DNA of 64,000 nt from Lingula anatina (Eukaryota; Animalia; Brachiopoda): the NCBI GenBank assembly GCA_051362555.1, contig CM120641.1, positions 1,612,001 through 1,676,000 on the forward strand. The letters are read 5' to 3'. A program made the translations under genes and the position numbers. Below, in pieces: positions 42,031 through 54,627 of this stretch. Each line of letters begins with the position of its first letter. The stretch's first letter is position 1. The notes below the pieces were generated by a model. That model saw nothing but the letters and a program-made list of their open reading frames with translations, did not search any database and was not told the DNA's origin.

Positions 42031-44225
42031 CTAAAATGTACAATAAAATCATTCTTTGAACTTTATTTTCAATAATGTTAGTCACAATACTGTTGCTCTA
42101 AAATCAGTGGTAGTAATAAATGCATTGAAATTATAATAATATAATGGAGAATATAGCTATGAATTAGATGATATCCAACACATCTAATTCACAGCTGTGT
42201 GAAGACTCGCTACCCCCCCTCCCACCCCCAAGGTAGAAGCAAGACGTCAAGCCTTATCAGCTTGGATGACTGGTCGTAAGTTAATTGTTTTATTCTAACA
42301 AGCTTTGCTGTCTTAACTCCTAAATAATCTAAATCAACACAGAAGTAATCGAGTTAGTCAAACATGAATGCACCAAAGCTCCAAAAACAACCACAAAATC
42401 TACTTCATCCTGACTGTGACAAATGACGTACAACAAGTTAATTTTCAAGCTCACATATCCTCCAACCTTGGTCTAGGAAACCATCATATTTTTTTCTCCA
42501 GGTCTCTTTCAGGTCATTTGTGTTTCCAATCCAATCATACTCAGAGACTAATTGTCCCGGAGACTATCAAGTCGCTGATCCCAATCTCTCATCAGCACAT
42601 TAACCTAGACAGTCACTTCACTGATGGCGAAACACTGACCTCCAGTGGCAGTGGAATACAAATGATGACCACTGGCTACTAAGAGCATTTCAATGGCAAT
42701 TAAAACTCTGCACAAACTCTGTTAGATATATTATTATAACTTAGGGCCAGGATGTAAGCTGTGTACAATCTAAAAGGTAATAGATGCTTTGCATCAGCGT
42801 CAGTAATCCCACCTTGTATATGACAGTTGTGACTGCTCAGTCTTCAAGGAGGTTCTGTTCTTGGTTGCATTTGTCTGTCTGTGTATTTGTCTGTGTCTGT
42901 CTGTCTGTGTGTCTGTTAAAAACATTACGGAAAAACAGTTTTTTTTCAGTACCTGTCAGGAAGAGACCAAGTGACAAATAATTAGATTGAATAAAATGTC
43001 AATTAAATCCAAGAGCAGGTACAGGTTGAATCTAGACTCAGGAGTAGGAGAAAACTGCCCCTGAGGAAATCTTATTTTGTTCAAAAAATCTACAGCCTTC
43101 ACTTTAACTATACAGCACTCAAGTGAGGATATTAGGACTACACATATATTTTATGATTCATTTCTGCTTTCCTTTTTAAGAGTCATTTTATGAAGTGTTT
43201 TTCAGAAAACAAAACAATTCTAACTCTCATCTCCCTCAAGGCAGTACATACATGTTATCTTCCATCACCAGAGATAATTTAACCAGCAGGTGTACTGAGA
43301 GGCAGACAGGTGACACAAAGCATGACAATAAAGGCTATTTTGTCAAATGTGCTAATTAAAACCTTTAGATTATGTTTAGATCTAATAAAAGACATTTCTA
43401 TCGTGAAAACCAATTTCTTTTTTTTTTTTTTTTTTATTTTTATGGTGCAATATTATTGATGCAGTGGGACTTGATTAGCACAGTGCAGTACATGTTATCG
43501 TTGGTATGGTCACAGTGAAATTTACCTATCTTAATTACATCACATATCTATTCCACTTCAGTAGGAAGCAGGGGAGACAGATTAAAACATATCTTACATG
43601 TGTATTTGTAACCAGAATACTGAAAAGCAAGTTTATTTTGTAATTTTTTTTCAAACATATTGTAGAGGGAATGAGAGAAACTTTTCTGCAATTCATTGGG
43701 GTCACATGGATTCATACATACAAAATTAGTTGCTGCAAATTTATGTACCAGACAAAACAAACTTGCCACTTTCTGTTGGCATTCAAACCAGAATCCTACA
43801 ACACAATGCATTAGTCGCATCTGTAAATCATAATGAAATTAAGAATAAACCCGGTCCCTCTACAACAACTTCTTTAAATGAAACTTTATAGCTATGAGAG
43901 ATCAACAGGTCATCCAGTAGTAAGTGTAGTTTTAATATTACCAACTTTCACCTTCATTTGGATGCAATATTGAACCAATTACATTCAAAATATTAGAAAT
44001 GCTTTAAAATCTACTATAGCTACATGTATAAGTGGCTGTTGATAACTTTCCTATTGGCAGTCTTCAAAGTATGGAACTAAAATGAGACTACCATGAAAAT
44101 CACATTGTAGAAAGGAGAAAGACCAGATAATATAAATTGGATTCGTTCCAATTGTCAGAGTGCTCCTTTCATAATCTGTCTCTGCAGCAGGTGTTCTGTC
44201 AGTTGCTTAAGGGAATTCCAGGTGT

Positions 44226-44501
44226 CAGGCCTACCCAACTACCAGACTCGGCACACAAGGATCCTGAATTAACCGGTATATCAGATCACACTACACGTTT
44301 TCAAGGTGTGTGTCAGATTGCATTTCGGAGTATCATACCCTAGAACAATTTTTGTAGGATGACCGCGGCCTCATTCTGTCGATGTTCTGACTGATACTCC
44401 GAAATGCGATCTGACACACACCTTGAAAACGGGTAGTGTGGTCTGATATACCGGTTAATTCAGGATTCTTATGTGCCGAGTCTGGTATTTGGGTAGGCCT
44501 G
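44226..44501. mobile_element. Young foldback element with ~110-bp inverted arms and 6-bp flanking direct repeat
   Basis: Arms 44226-44335 and 44392-44501 are near-identical reverse complements; aggtgt at 44220-44225 and 44502-44507. Confidence 0.9.
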
Positions 44502-44880
44502 AGGTGTGCAGGAATGGAAAATGATTGAAAGTAATTCCTTTTGGCAGCGACAAAGAGTGCATAATACCCAGTAAACAACTGTCATTTCAACTGTACACTT
44601 CATAGAAAATACAAAACAAGAATGGCAGTGTAACATCCCATGCAAACATAAATCTTCATCACTAGGGCAAGAATGCCCTAGCTAAACTTAAAATGTAGTT
44701 ACATAAGGTAATGAATCAAATTCATTATCATCTTTATTAGAATGTTTTAGATAATGTTTTACAAAATCAGTTTAATTTGCAGTTGGCTATGGGGCTAGCA
44801 GCCGTAAATTTAAATGAGTCATCAATGCATTTGTTTATTTGTCTTGTTCGCACCATCTTTATTTGTTATACACAAGACAG

Positions 44881-45066
44881 TGAGCACATTCAGAACAGTG
44901 GAATAACAGATACGTGGATCAAATATGGCAAACCACTGAAACGATTACCACTTAATTCTCGATTAGACACTGAATAGATTCCCCGCAGTGATTATGCAAC
45001 AAGTATTCAAGTAGGTCGGCCATATTTGATCCGCGGATCTGTTATTCCACTGTTCTGAATACATTC
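44881..45066. mobile_element. MITE family A relative
   Basis: Near-perfect arms attcagaacagtggaataacagat..ggatcaaatatggc / gccatatttgatcc..atctgttattccactgttctgaat; shared internal gacactgaatagat. Confidence 0.82.
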
Positions 45067-45795
45067 AGTGAGTTCTTTTCACGTTTTGGCAATTCAAAGG
45101 TGATCGAGGTCTTTCATGTATACTTACTGTTACATATATATCTACCTATAGATGACACCTGCTACATGCACATATGGTACGTGTACTGGTAGGGCTGAGT
45201 TTACTGGCTGAGCTGCATCAGCAGAACTTGTCTTTGGGGAGGGCAAGTAATACCCCACATACTGATAAGGGAATTAAAATGTATGCTGGCATGACTCCTT
45301 CAGCTATTAGTTGCTATCTTTTTCAACTGGCACTAGCCCCACTATATATGCTACATAAAATAAACTTCTGAAAGATATCATATTGGCAAGGGCTATATGC
45401 ACTGGTACACTTATTCAATCACAAGTCATATTTTTCCAGATTAGGAAATAACATTTATGGACAAACAAGAATACATGCAGGGACACTGCGAGTTGTTGTT
45501 ATCTAACTAATTCCTTCTGGTATTTCAATTTTCCTGAGTCCCATATTAAAAGCTTCTGACAGGAAAAAGCAAGATATGTGCAGCTGTCAGAGCAAATAAC
45601 TCTCTCAGGTCATTTAGGCAACATTTCCTCAAGTTTGAAAAAAGGCACATTGGTTTTAAACAACATGAAAAAAATCCTAGCCTGGAGGAATATGTATATA
45701 AGCAATTTGTACCATTTCAAAAAAAATTCTACATTAAGTCAATAAACTGAGATGGATTCTGCTTTATAAACTTGCACTGCACATCTTGTGTGTTA

Positions 45796-46040
45796 GGGTC
45801 CGTTCCTAATGAACCCATCGGTCTACATAGATCAATCCAACTATGAGGGGACTCTTGCTGAATGCAATCGGAACAACAGATCAACACGCCTCCTCCTGGC
45901 AATGAGTAGAATATAGAAAAGCTGGTGATTATACAAGTACATTGGAAACAACAGGGGGCATGTTAATATGCTAGTCTGATTGCATTTGGTGAGAATCCCC
46001 TTGGAGATGTATTGATCATAGAACCATTGGGAATGAGCCC
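45796..46040. mobile_element. MITE family B, apparently full length
   Basis: Ends gggtccgttcctaatg / cattgggaatgagccc, flanked by TTA/TAA; core ggggactcttgctgaatgcaatc. Confidence 0.8.
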
Positions 46041-47348
46041 TAACAGTTCTTTTCACCTACAGCTGTATACTTTTCAGTACCTTAGAAGAGATCCAGGCTA
46101 TACTGGTACAATTTGAGAAGTAATCACACATTACAGGGGTGTTTATTTAATAACTAACTTCCACAATCTGCTTCCTACCATTTGGACGGAAGCTGATTCA
46201 TTGACCTCGTCACATACAGGGGTGGGGTGGGGGTGGGGTGGGGGGGGGGCAGGGGACTGCAAGGGATTGGGTGGACAGTTTCCTAGAACTTTAAAATTCA
46301 GGTTGCTACAGCCCATGTATGAACTATATTTACTGTGGGTCACTTAATTGTTCCTAAAATGGATAGACATCGTACGATGCAACGGACAATAGACTACAAG
46401 CAGTCATGCATGCAGTTTTCCCAGGCTCATAGGCAGAATATCAAGGGTTAGAAAGAAACGTTTTTTGGATGAAAAAAGGTCTGCATCGAATCAAACTTAA
46501 ACCTAGATTTATCTATCAACCTAGGATCCAACATAAGTTGAGAATGAGCCCAAAACCTTCTGACTTTTTGTGGAATAGGCTCCAAGTGAAGAGTCTTAGC
46601 TTGCCTGCAGGAAAATAAAATGGACAAGCAACAAATATCGAACGGGGATGAAATATGTGATGGCATGAGATCTGTTCATAATCCAATTAAAGCTAAATTA
46701 CAGTCAACTTTTTAAGGGCTCGCCTTTTTCATGCGTATTTCATGACATTTCTTTTTGAATAAATCTAAGAATAATAAATTGGAAAGAGACCAGAAATCAG
46801 ATTATCAACTTTTGATAAAACCAGTTCAGTCTGATAAAACGTCCCTTGGGGATCAACATCCCTTTCATTAGTAAGGGTTGCCTACCGGGTATTAAATAAA
46901 ACAGATTATCTTTCTTCTTGATGTATCAAGTAAGGATAAAATGGACATTAAGATATAAATGTTGAGCTTGCAGTTGCCATAAAAAAGCCCACTTCTAATG
47001 TTCCAGAATCAGAGAGTATTGACGACATGCAAATTCTGGCACATTATTCGATGTTTTGAAAAAAAATGGACTCCTTTGCTGCGGTGAGAGACAGAGCTAT
47101 AATTATAACAAATGGATCACATAAGTGGACCTTAAAAACTAGTCAGATGAACTGCCAACCCAGGGGAGGTTATAAAGTGGAGATTAATCTGAAATGGTGT
47201 CATAAAGCTGCTACATGTAGCAAACACAGGAAATATTGCATGTTAAATCATGATTAGTACCAGGTCATCACTAAATACAGAAACTTCTTCAGTGTATTGA
47301 GGTAGAGGTCAGTCAAGGTGATGGGGGACTTCCTGATACCAAATAAAC

Positions 47349-47522
47349 GGGGGCGTCTCGATAGTCCGAAGGTTCATTGGTCCGAAGATTCATTGGTCCG
47401 AAAAACAGTAACATTTTCATAGGTTTTTTAATCAAGGGTTCATTGGTCCGAAGGTTCTGTAGTGAACATTCGGACCAATGAAACTTCGGACTATTGAACC
47501 TTCAGACTATTGCTACGGCCCC
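47349..47522. mobile_element. MITE with subterminal 16-bp repeats (ggttcattggtccgaa), Mutator-like
   Basis: Ends gggggcgt / acggcccc; the repeats face inward from both ends; aaataaac on both flanks (extends to 10 bp, ccaaataaac). Confidence 0.85.
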
Positions 47523-48282
47523 AAATAAACTATACTAGCGATGCACAAAATTCCTTTATAATGCCGAGCACCTTCACTTTTTCTCTGAAACATAACATGA
47601 ATGTGAAGAAAGATGTAGGACTATGTGATAAGTATTTTTTAAACACTATATAAGAAGTAATCCATAGTGATATATATCTATTTATTTATCTATTTGTAGT
47701 ATATAGGGCTAACAAATGGAACTGTCACATTTAATGCTTGAATAAATTATTATTATCACCATGAGATAGGCCTATGTATCAAGTTTAATACTATAAAACT
47801 GGCAATATAGGAATATTTAATTTCCAAACCAAAGGCCTTAAAATTTAACTCAAGGTCAAAAGCCATGTTTTAATTTGCAAAACGTCACTTCTAATTCATT
47901 TATGTGGAAACTTTAAACCAGTCTTCTGTAGTTTCAGTGATATTTAACCCATAAAATTGACATAAAAATCTATTTGGTTTAGTCTACAGATGCACAGATG
48001 GACATCATGAATCCAGTACAGTCTACATGACCTGTCCTCAGATTGACCATGTTATAAGAGATGCACCTACATTGTAATTTGCAGCAAAATTCACCAAATA
48101 AATGAGAAATTAAAGATTATTCACTTAAAAAAACAATGATCAACTGCATATCAAATGCAGTCAATGACCAAATTTAAGAAATAAATTCCGTTAGTTTCAG
48201 AGTCCATGCCATCAAAAAATAGACATAATAGACATAATTAGATGATAATTAAGAGGACATTTTGACCAAATCCTGATCTCAG

Positions 48283-49060
48283 TACCCTAGGTTCTAGATT
48301 CCGGTATTGCCAGCTCGATCTTGATTTCATATATAACCCATATCAACAATACCGGCTCTAGTGACCAGCGGCCATGTTACACTTCCATCAATCAAATAGA
48401 ACTGCTCCGCAGTGAATCTGCAGTTGAATGTCATCAGACCAAAATGAAACATAAAACAGATTTAATTTTGCTTTATTTAATTTTATTTGCTGTATTTAAG
48501 ATGTAAAGTGAAAAAATAAATAATATTCTTCGAACAGAAAAGATATATCCAATGTTTTTGTATTTTTTGCTTATCAAAGAACATTTAGTCCTGAGATGTA
48601 CACGTGCGCAATACACGTGCTTGCCGTGTGCCAAATTTGACAGCTACACTGTATGCCCGATACCACTATAAGGGCTGCGCAATGGCTACACCAAAATCAG
48701 GTTTTAAAGCAGAATGTTGCTTCTATTGTGGCACTGACCTTCGACTGCAAGATATTTTCAATTCAAACTTCGTCAGGCACTTTGCTTCTTGTCTCGTCTG
48801 CACCAGAAAACTTTAGCGCGAGGCGGGAAAGGCAGCTCCAGACGGCCAAACCTGTGACGTACGAGACTTATGACTTCCAAATATGGATCCAGGCGGACAC
48901 AGCTGTAACGTGTGACTTCCAAATATGGAAGCGCCCCAGGCAAAATTTTGAAGAAGAACGCCCTCAGATTGTCGCTGTTCGTCAGAGCTAGTAAAAGCGA
49001 CTCCATCACAAGGTATATATTTAACAAGCTAGCTTTTACGTTGCTCTGACACTCAGGGTA
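48283..49060. mobile_element. 778-bp non-autonomous DNA element with short TIRs and 8-bp TSD
   Basis: Ends taccct / agggta; gatctcag at 48275-48282 and 49061-49068; CpG-rich interior; subterminal hairpin at 48981-49050. Confidence 0.65.
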
Positions 49061-49413
49061 GATCTCAGTACCAAGGACAAATGGAAGTTGATACAAATAA
49101 ATACAATTTAGCAATAACTTCATTCTTTGATACAATATTACAAAAAATAACAAAATTGCACAATTCCTAAACCAAAGATATAATGAGTGAAATATTTTGG
49201 TCAAATTTTTTTTATCTGCCAATCATTTACAAAGCTTATTTAGTTACACAGTATTTAAAACATATTCTTTTTGCATCTTTCGCATATATGAAAATATCTC
49301 TAAAACTCTAAGGTGAAAAATGAAAGATAATCTTCACAAGTCCTTAAAAAATGAAAAAAAAAATATATTAAAAAATTATAACCAAGGTCATAATTATTAT
49401 CTCAGATACCAAC

Positions 49414-49496
49414 CTGACAGGAAGGCAGCTCCTCTCATGCTATTGGTGGGACCAGAAGAAAATGTGGATACAGGGTGTTCCAAAGCTTTTGAGGCA
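49414..49496 (-). CDS. Hydantoinase-family exon 5 (SASKALEHPVSTFSSGPTNSMRGAAFLS-G)
   Basis: Not in the ORF track. Acceptor cttttcag|T, donor G|gttggt; 83 nt, phase 2 to 1; SGPTNSMRGAAFL motif. Confidence 0.93.
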
Positions 49497-52400
49497 CTGA
49501 AAAGAACAAAATCAATAATTAAAAAAAAAACAAACTGGTATTCATTTTTGCACATCCCTAACCTACTGGAACCCTTATTCGTTCTGCAGAAAACAACTGA
49601 TTCAAACAGTTTATATCTAAATTCAATTTTATTTTAATTTAATTTTAAGCACTCAATTTTTGAACAAGCAATTGTGTGACACTCATCTCAATAATATCAT
49701 ATTGTACATGTTCCATTATATGATTCATTCAATATTACTCAACACTATCAAACCTGGTGTTATTTTAAACTTAATTCAAATGTATAATGGTATTTAATCA
49801 AACCTAAACATGTTCCTTGGGGTATCATTAATTAAATGGCACTGTATACTACATATATTATCTTCTTAAAGTTTGTGTTATTATGTCCATTTCTTCAGAA
49901 TAATATTTCCCCTACCTTTAAAATTGCAGGCTACAGATAAGTTTGTCTTTAAAAAATTAATCTCCTTTTTTATCTCACAAAAACTTACAATTAATTAAGT
50001 AAAACAGATGGATTTTGGCAGTAATAGAGATAAAGAAGACATGTAGTAAGAGCTATGGACAGATACATGTTAGAACACAGGTCATAATTAACAGTGTCTG
50101 TAAGTAAAATGGGTCAAACTGACATATGGTTGTTCTTATTTCATTTCTTTCTTTCCATTGGAAGAAACATGCCTGTAGACTGACACACACAGATTGGCGA
50201 AAATTTGATCAATGGTTTTCCTGAATCATGAATGCATTTCTTAATTTTATTATACTGTAAAGCACATTGGTGATCAATGTTTGTATATGATTGTATTATA
50301 AGATGGTCAAGTGAACAGAATTGTCTGTTGTCATTTCTAATTCATCCAATCTTAATTTATACCAGTATCCATTGATAAGATCATGGGAGGACTCCAGGGA
50401 GCTTACAAAATGGACAAGTTGAAAACTGAATTATTTGCAAATGCAGTTACTATAATATACTGTGCATTCCACTAATTAGGCCAACAACATAGGAAGATTT
50501 GATCAAGCCAATGACTGTCGTTCTACGTCAGAACAAAAGCAATTTTCCTGCGAGCAAATGCCACTCCTGATTGGATTACAACAGTTCACTTACTGGTCTA
50601 AAACACCGATCTGTGAACACAGATAGCTTTCCTTTCAACCATTTAAAGGTTTGTGGTATAGTCGCTGATTGACAGCAAGGAACAATCCTAAACAACCGCC
50701 TTTCCAAGTCCATGTAGGAACTCACGCTGTAGAAAACACCACAAACCATCATCATCAGCTTTCAACCAATCAGGAATGACAGTTAAAGTACGTAGCCCCT
50801 CCCATGAGCCTCTGCAGTCCCCTTAAAAGCAAGCACAACATAAAATCCCATCTTTTATGAAACTTCCAAATCAGCAAAGCTACTAAGAAACAAATACCAA
50901 ATAAGATGTTTTTGATGATATAAAATGAAAAGACGCTAGGGTTACAGACATCAATACTATCAGGCCATTGGGAATTGTATGCATTACATCCTGCTACTGC
51001 GAAGAGCCTCAATCTTCTGATTTGTGTTTATGACACAGGAAACACTGGACTTCCAGGTAAGGAAAAACCAACTTTATCTTCTGTAGTGGGCTGCCAATGG
51101 AAGCAGTACTTGCTAATGGTTACAATTAACTATAATAGCTCACTTCCAACTGTCACCATGACATTATTGTATGTTTACAAGGGGCATGTTTGAGACCTTG
51201 CACTATTGTTGTAATTAAGCTGCAGACATTTTACTTTAGCATGGTGCGCGCAAATTTCTCACAGTTTACACTTTTTGTAAACTGGCCAATCCCTTCAATT
51301 AAAAAGCAACATTTGTAAAAGAGACTATATATGACAATATCAAACTGCTGAACTCAAGATGGGGGCTACAATACGCAGGAAACACTAGCCTAAGGGACTG
51401 CTTAATTTACACAGAATAAACCATGGATTGGTTAGAATGCTTGTGAACAAGACAGTTAAAGTTTGTTTGTTTGTTTGCTACCATCACCATTCATTAAAAT
51501 CAAAGCCATGAAATGGAATACATATGTAGGATATGAGTAGTTAAATTATAAAATTTGGAAAAGGGCATAATCAGAGACAAAGAATATTCCACTGTGTAAA
51601 CTGGTAACTATCGCTGTGGTCAATACTGATGAGTAAAGGGCACATCAAGTATTAAATCTATACATAAATATTGAAACAAAATTATCTATTTTCTATCAAA
51701 AAAGCAAATTGCAAGAGGCATACAGGAAATCAGTCTTCTGTCTAACATTTGCGAGGACTCTCCAAATATCAATATTCATCGAACTTTATCCTTTACATCG
51801 TACATTTTGCAAGGAAAATAGTCAGTTTTCAAACCCATTTAATACCCATGGGCCCCATGAATACAGCTATTACAGTCAGTCATGTCATTTAGTATAGGTT
51901 TGATATCTTTACTATACGTGTTTTAAATCTTCAAACCAGCAAGGAACCATCCAATCAAATCTCCCACAAGTTTCTTCTTACACCTTTCATGAATGTTTTA
52001 ACTTTCCATCAGTATTCAATATCAGATCAGACTTTTAAAATGTTTACATCTCTCTTCAATATATCAACATATCAGATGCATGGTTTAAAGTATTCCAAAC
52101 AGCACATTCTGTGTACCACTTCTTTCAGTGTGAAAACCTGTACTGATTCTAGGTGAGACACCTGCGTCATTATAATGCTTGTTGCTAACGATGTGTGAAA
52201 TGATAATGGTTGCATTAAGTCTTGTTACAATGCTACAAATTGCTCCATTTTACCATATTTTACAGAGAAAAATAGATGCCTTTAAAAATACATTTAAATG
52301 GAAAAGTCATAGAAAATTGAATATCATGCAACACAGAAATTCTATGTGATGAGCAGCTCATAGGATCCCATTTGCTACTAAAACTTATAAAGTGCTTAGT

Positions 52401-53283
52401 GTGTTAATTGGGTGTCCTATGCTGACTGTAACAATTACATTAATTCACTCTAGATGTCAAAAAGGGTCCATTAACAAATTACCAGGTTGTTTTCAATGTG
52501 ATGCATGCACTATTTACATTAAATAAGGATTAAACTTTGGAAAGTTGTCAAAAAGAGAAAAATTGCACTCATGAAAATGTAGGCTAATAAACTGTAGCTT
52601 AAGGCTGCATGCTAAATGACTGTTTCTAGGCATTGATGATCAGAGAAAAAATACATACATATAGTAAGTGTTGTCTTTTCGTCTTTTTTGTTTGTTTGTT
52701 TGTTTGTTTTTTGTATATCAGATACAAAATTAAATTTTTAATAATTTAGGAAAATATATTCTTTCTTTTTAAATATAGCCTGCATTTTCTCTCCCTCTCC
52801 CTCCCAAAGCTGAGAGACTTTTTATATTTTTTATCTTTTATCTACAAAGAGTTGAATATTTATCTTTTAAATGTTGGTTTCTCTATGTTTACTTCATCTA
52901 ACCACCTGCTGGGCATACTGCTCAGGCTACCAGGGAATGTAAATATCAAACCAGGGCATCCCTGCAAATTCTCGATAGCCTCAAAGTGGTGATCAGTAAA
53001 ATCTACAGTAATGCCTCCAACATTTCAAATGCCTTACTTGGTAATTTTTATGAATTTATTCTAAGTTACCAACACTGATACACTTTAATGCAGATATGAA
53101 CAAGACTGTCAATCCACAGCTTTTAATTTTTTTGCAGGTATTACTTTGTTATTAGTACATTCTTTGGGGTATTTTAATCAATCAGTTTAGTTCAAATTTA
53201 GCGAGAAATCACCAAACACCCAGAGCTTTGTTTTAAACAAATTTCTTAACAGTGTCCATAAAAATGTTGCCCAGGGCACTCAC

Positions 53284-53501
53284 CTTATTAATGTTCCATC
53301 ATTCTGAGTTAAGAAAAAAGGACAGCTAAGGCCAACCTGTTTAAGTGCCAGCCTAAATGCATTTACAGTTTGTTTGCTAATGGGTTTTAATGATTCATTT
53401 AAGATGGCTGCATTTTCCCTCTCTAACAGTCCTATTTGACCGATGGTGTGTGACTTGGTTATGCTGCATGCTGGGTAAGCCTTGTGAATGATTTCAGAAA
53501 C
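53284..53501 (-). CDS. Hydantoinase-family exon 4 (VSEIIHKAYP...GLLERENAAILNESL...FLTQNDGTLI-S)
   Basis: Acceptor tttgcag|GTT, donor AG|gtgagt; 218 nt, phase 0 to 2; LERENAAILN and QNDGT motifs. Confidence 0.94.
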
Positions 53502-53891
53502 CTGCAAAACAAGAAGGCATCCAATGAGTATCAACATATATATTTTCTATTTGTACATTGCACATTGTCCTGACAAATAATCACCTGTGCACCTGGATAA
53601 CACACATGGATAAAAAATTTTATACGTGGAACATATTGATGTTAAAAATGTCCCTTGAGGGGTATAAGTATGTGGTTCTGTTTTTTAATGATTTTTATCT
53701 GGAAACAAAGGTTTATTCAAGTTGCCGAGGGAAAAGTTGTTCTATGAGTAATTTTGTACATCTACTACAGCCTGAAAAAGGAGCACAAACTAATTTCCCT
53801 TAGTGTCTATAATGTGACATAATTTCTAACTTTGGTAAAAAAAATTATAATTTCTAACTTTGGTAAAAAGTTTAAGAAATGTTATGTCAAC

Positions 53892-54068
53892 CTGGATTTC
53901 TTGCTCTGGTTTGGTGGGTGAAAATACCCCTGTAATCACTACATTATGAATTCCCTTTGCCTTCAGCTCCTCTACATGTTGGCAGATTTCTACTTCATCT
54001 ATAGGTGTCAGCACTGTTCCATCATACTGAAATCCTCCACTGGCAAAAATGCTCAACCCGCAAACTTC
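53892..54068 (-). CDS. Hydantoinase-family exon 3 (EVCGLSIFASGGFQYDG...ITGVFSPTKPEQEIQ)
   Basis: Acceptor tttag|GAA, donor CAG|gttgac; 177 nt, phase 0 to 0; GGFxYDG and GVFSP motifs. Confidence 0.92.
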
Positions 54069-54080
54069 CTAAATATACAA

Positions 54081-54083
<3 letters not shown>

Positions 54084-54126
<43 letters not shown>
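54084..54126. repeat. (AT)n microsatellite adjacent to the exon 3 acceptor
   Basis: Direct reading. Confidence 0.95.
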
Positions 54127-54128
<2 letters not shown>

Positions 54129-54466
54129 GACAAAACATCACTTTCAGAAGAAAATACACAGGGCTGTCTGTGTTTAAAATTTTCCTATTTATCTTCTAGA
54201 TGCCTTAAGCTTGCCTTATTGTTAAATGGACAAGCACTCCAATGAAACAAATTATAACAATGTTTGTATGTATATGTATCTGTGCCCACATAAGATACAT
54301 ACATATATATGTGCAGTTGTATGATGCAGTTTTTATACATGGATGACAATTAGAAAATTTGAGAATTTAGTCCATATCAGCACTATCAGAACCAGTACCA
54401 CACTATGATACAGTATGTGCTGGTAGTATGTTTACAATACAGAATGATTTTTTTAAACTGAAATAC

Positions 54467-54627
54467 CTTCTTTAAATCTTCTGGGAAGTCTGAAAATGGG
54501 GGCAGAGAGCGAGTTGAGGGTCCACATAGTCTGATGACTGCCACTTTTGCCAGGTTCTTGCGCTGGATTACTGCATTTATGAAGTGTGTGGTACCTATAT
54601 GAATACGCCCAACAGCAATGCGGTAGC
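54467..54627 (-). CDS. Hydantoinase-family exon 2 (GYRIAVGRIHIGTTHFINAVIQRKNLAKVAVIRLCGPSTRSLPPFSDFPEDLKK)
   Basis: Not in the ORF track. Acceptor ttttcag|GC, donor AAG|gtattt; 161 nt, phase 1 to 0; family motifs GTTHFINA and PPFSDFP. Confidence 0.93.

Noticed and set aside
44137-44578. Two opposite-strand ORFs with nearly identical peptides
   Set aside because: Artefact of the inverted-repeat arms, not duplicated genes.
48773-49222. 149-aa minus-strand ORF
   Set aside because: Non-ATG start, spans the boundary of a transposon-like insertion into AT-rich intron, and has no recognisable motifs.
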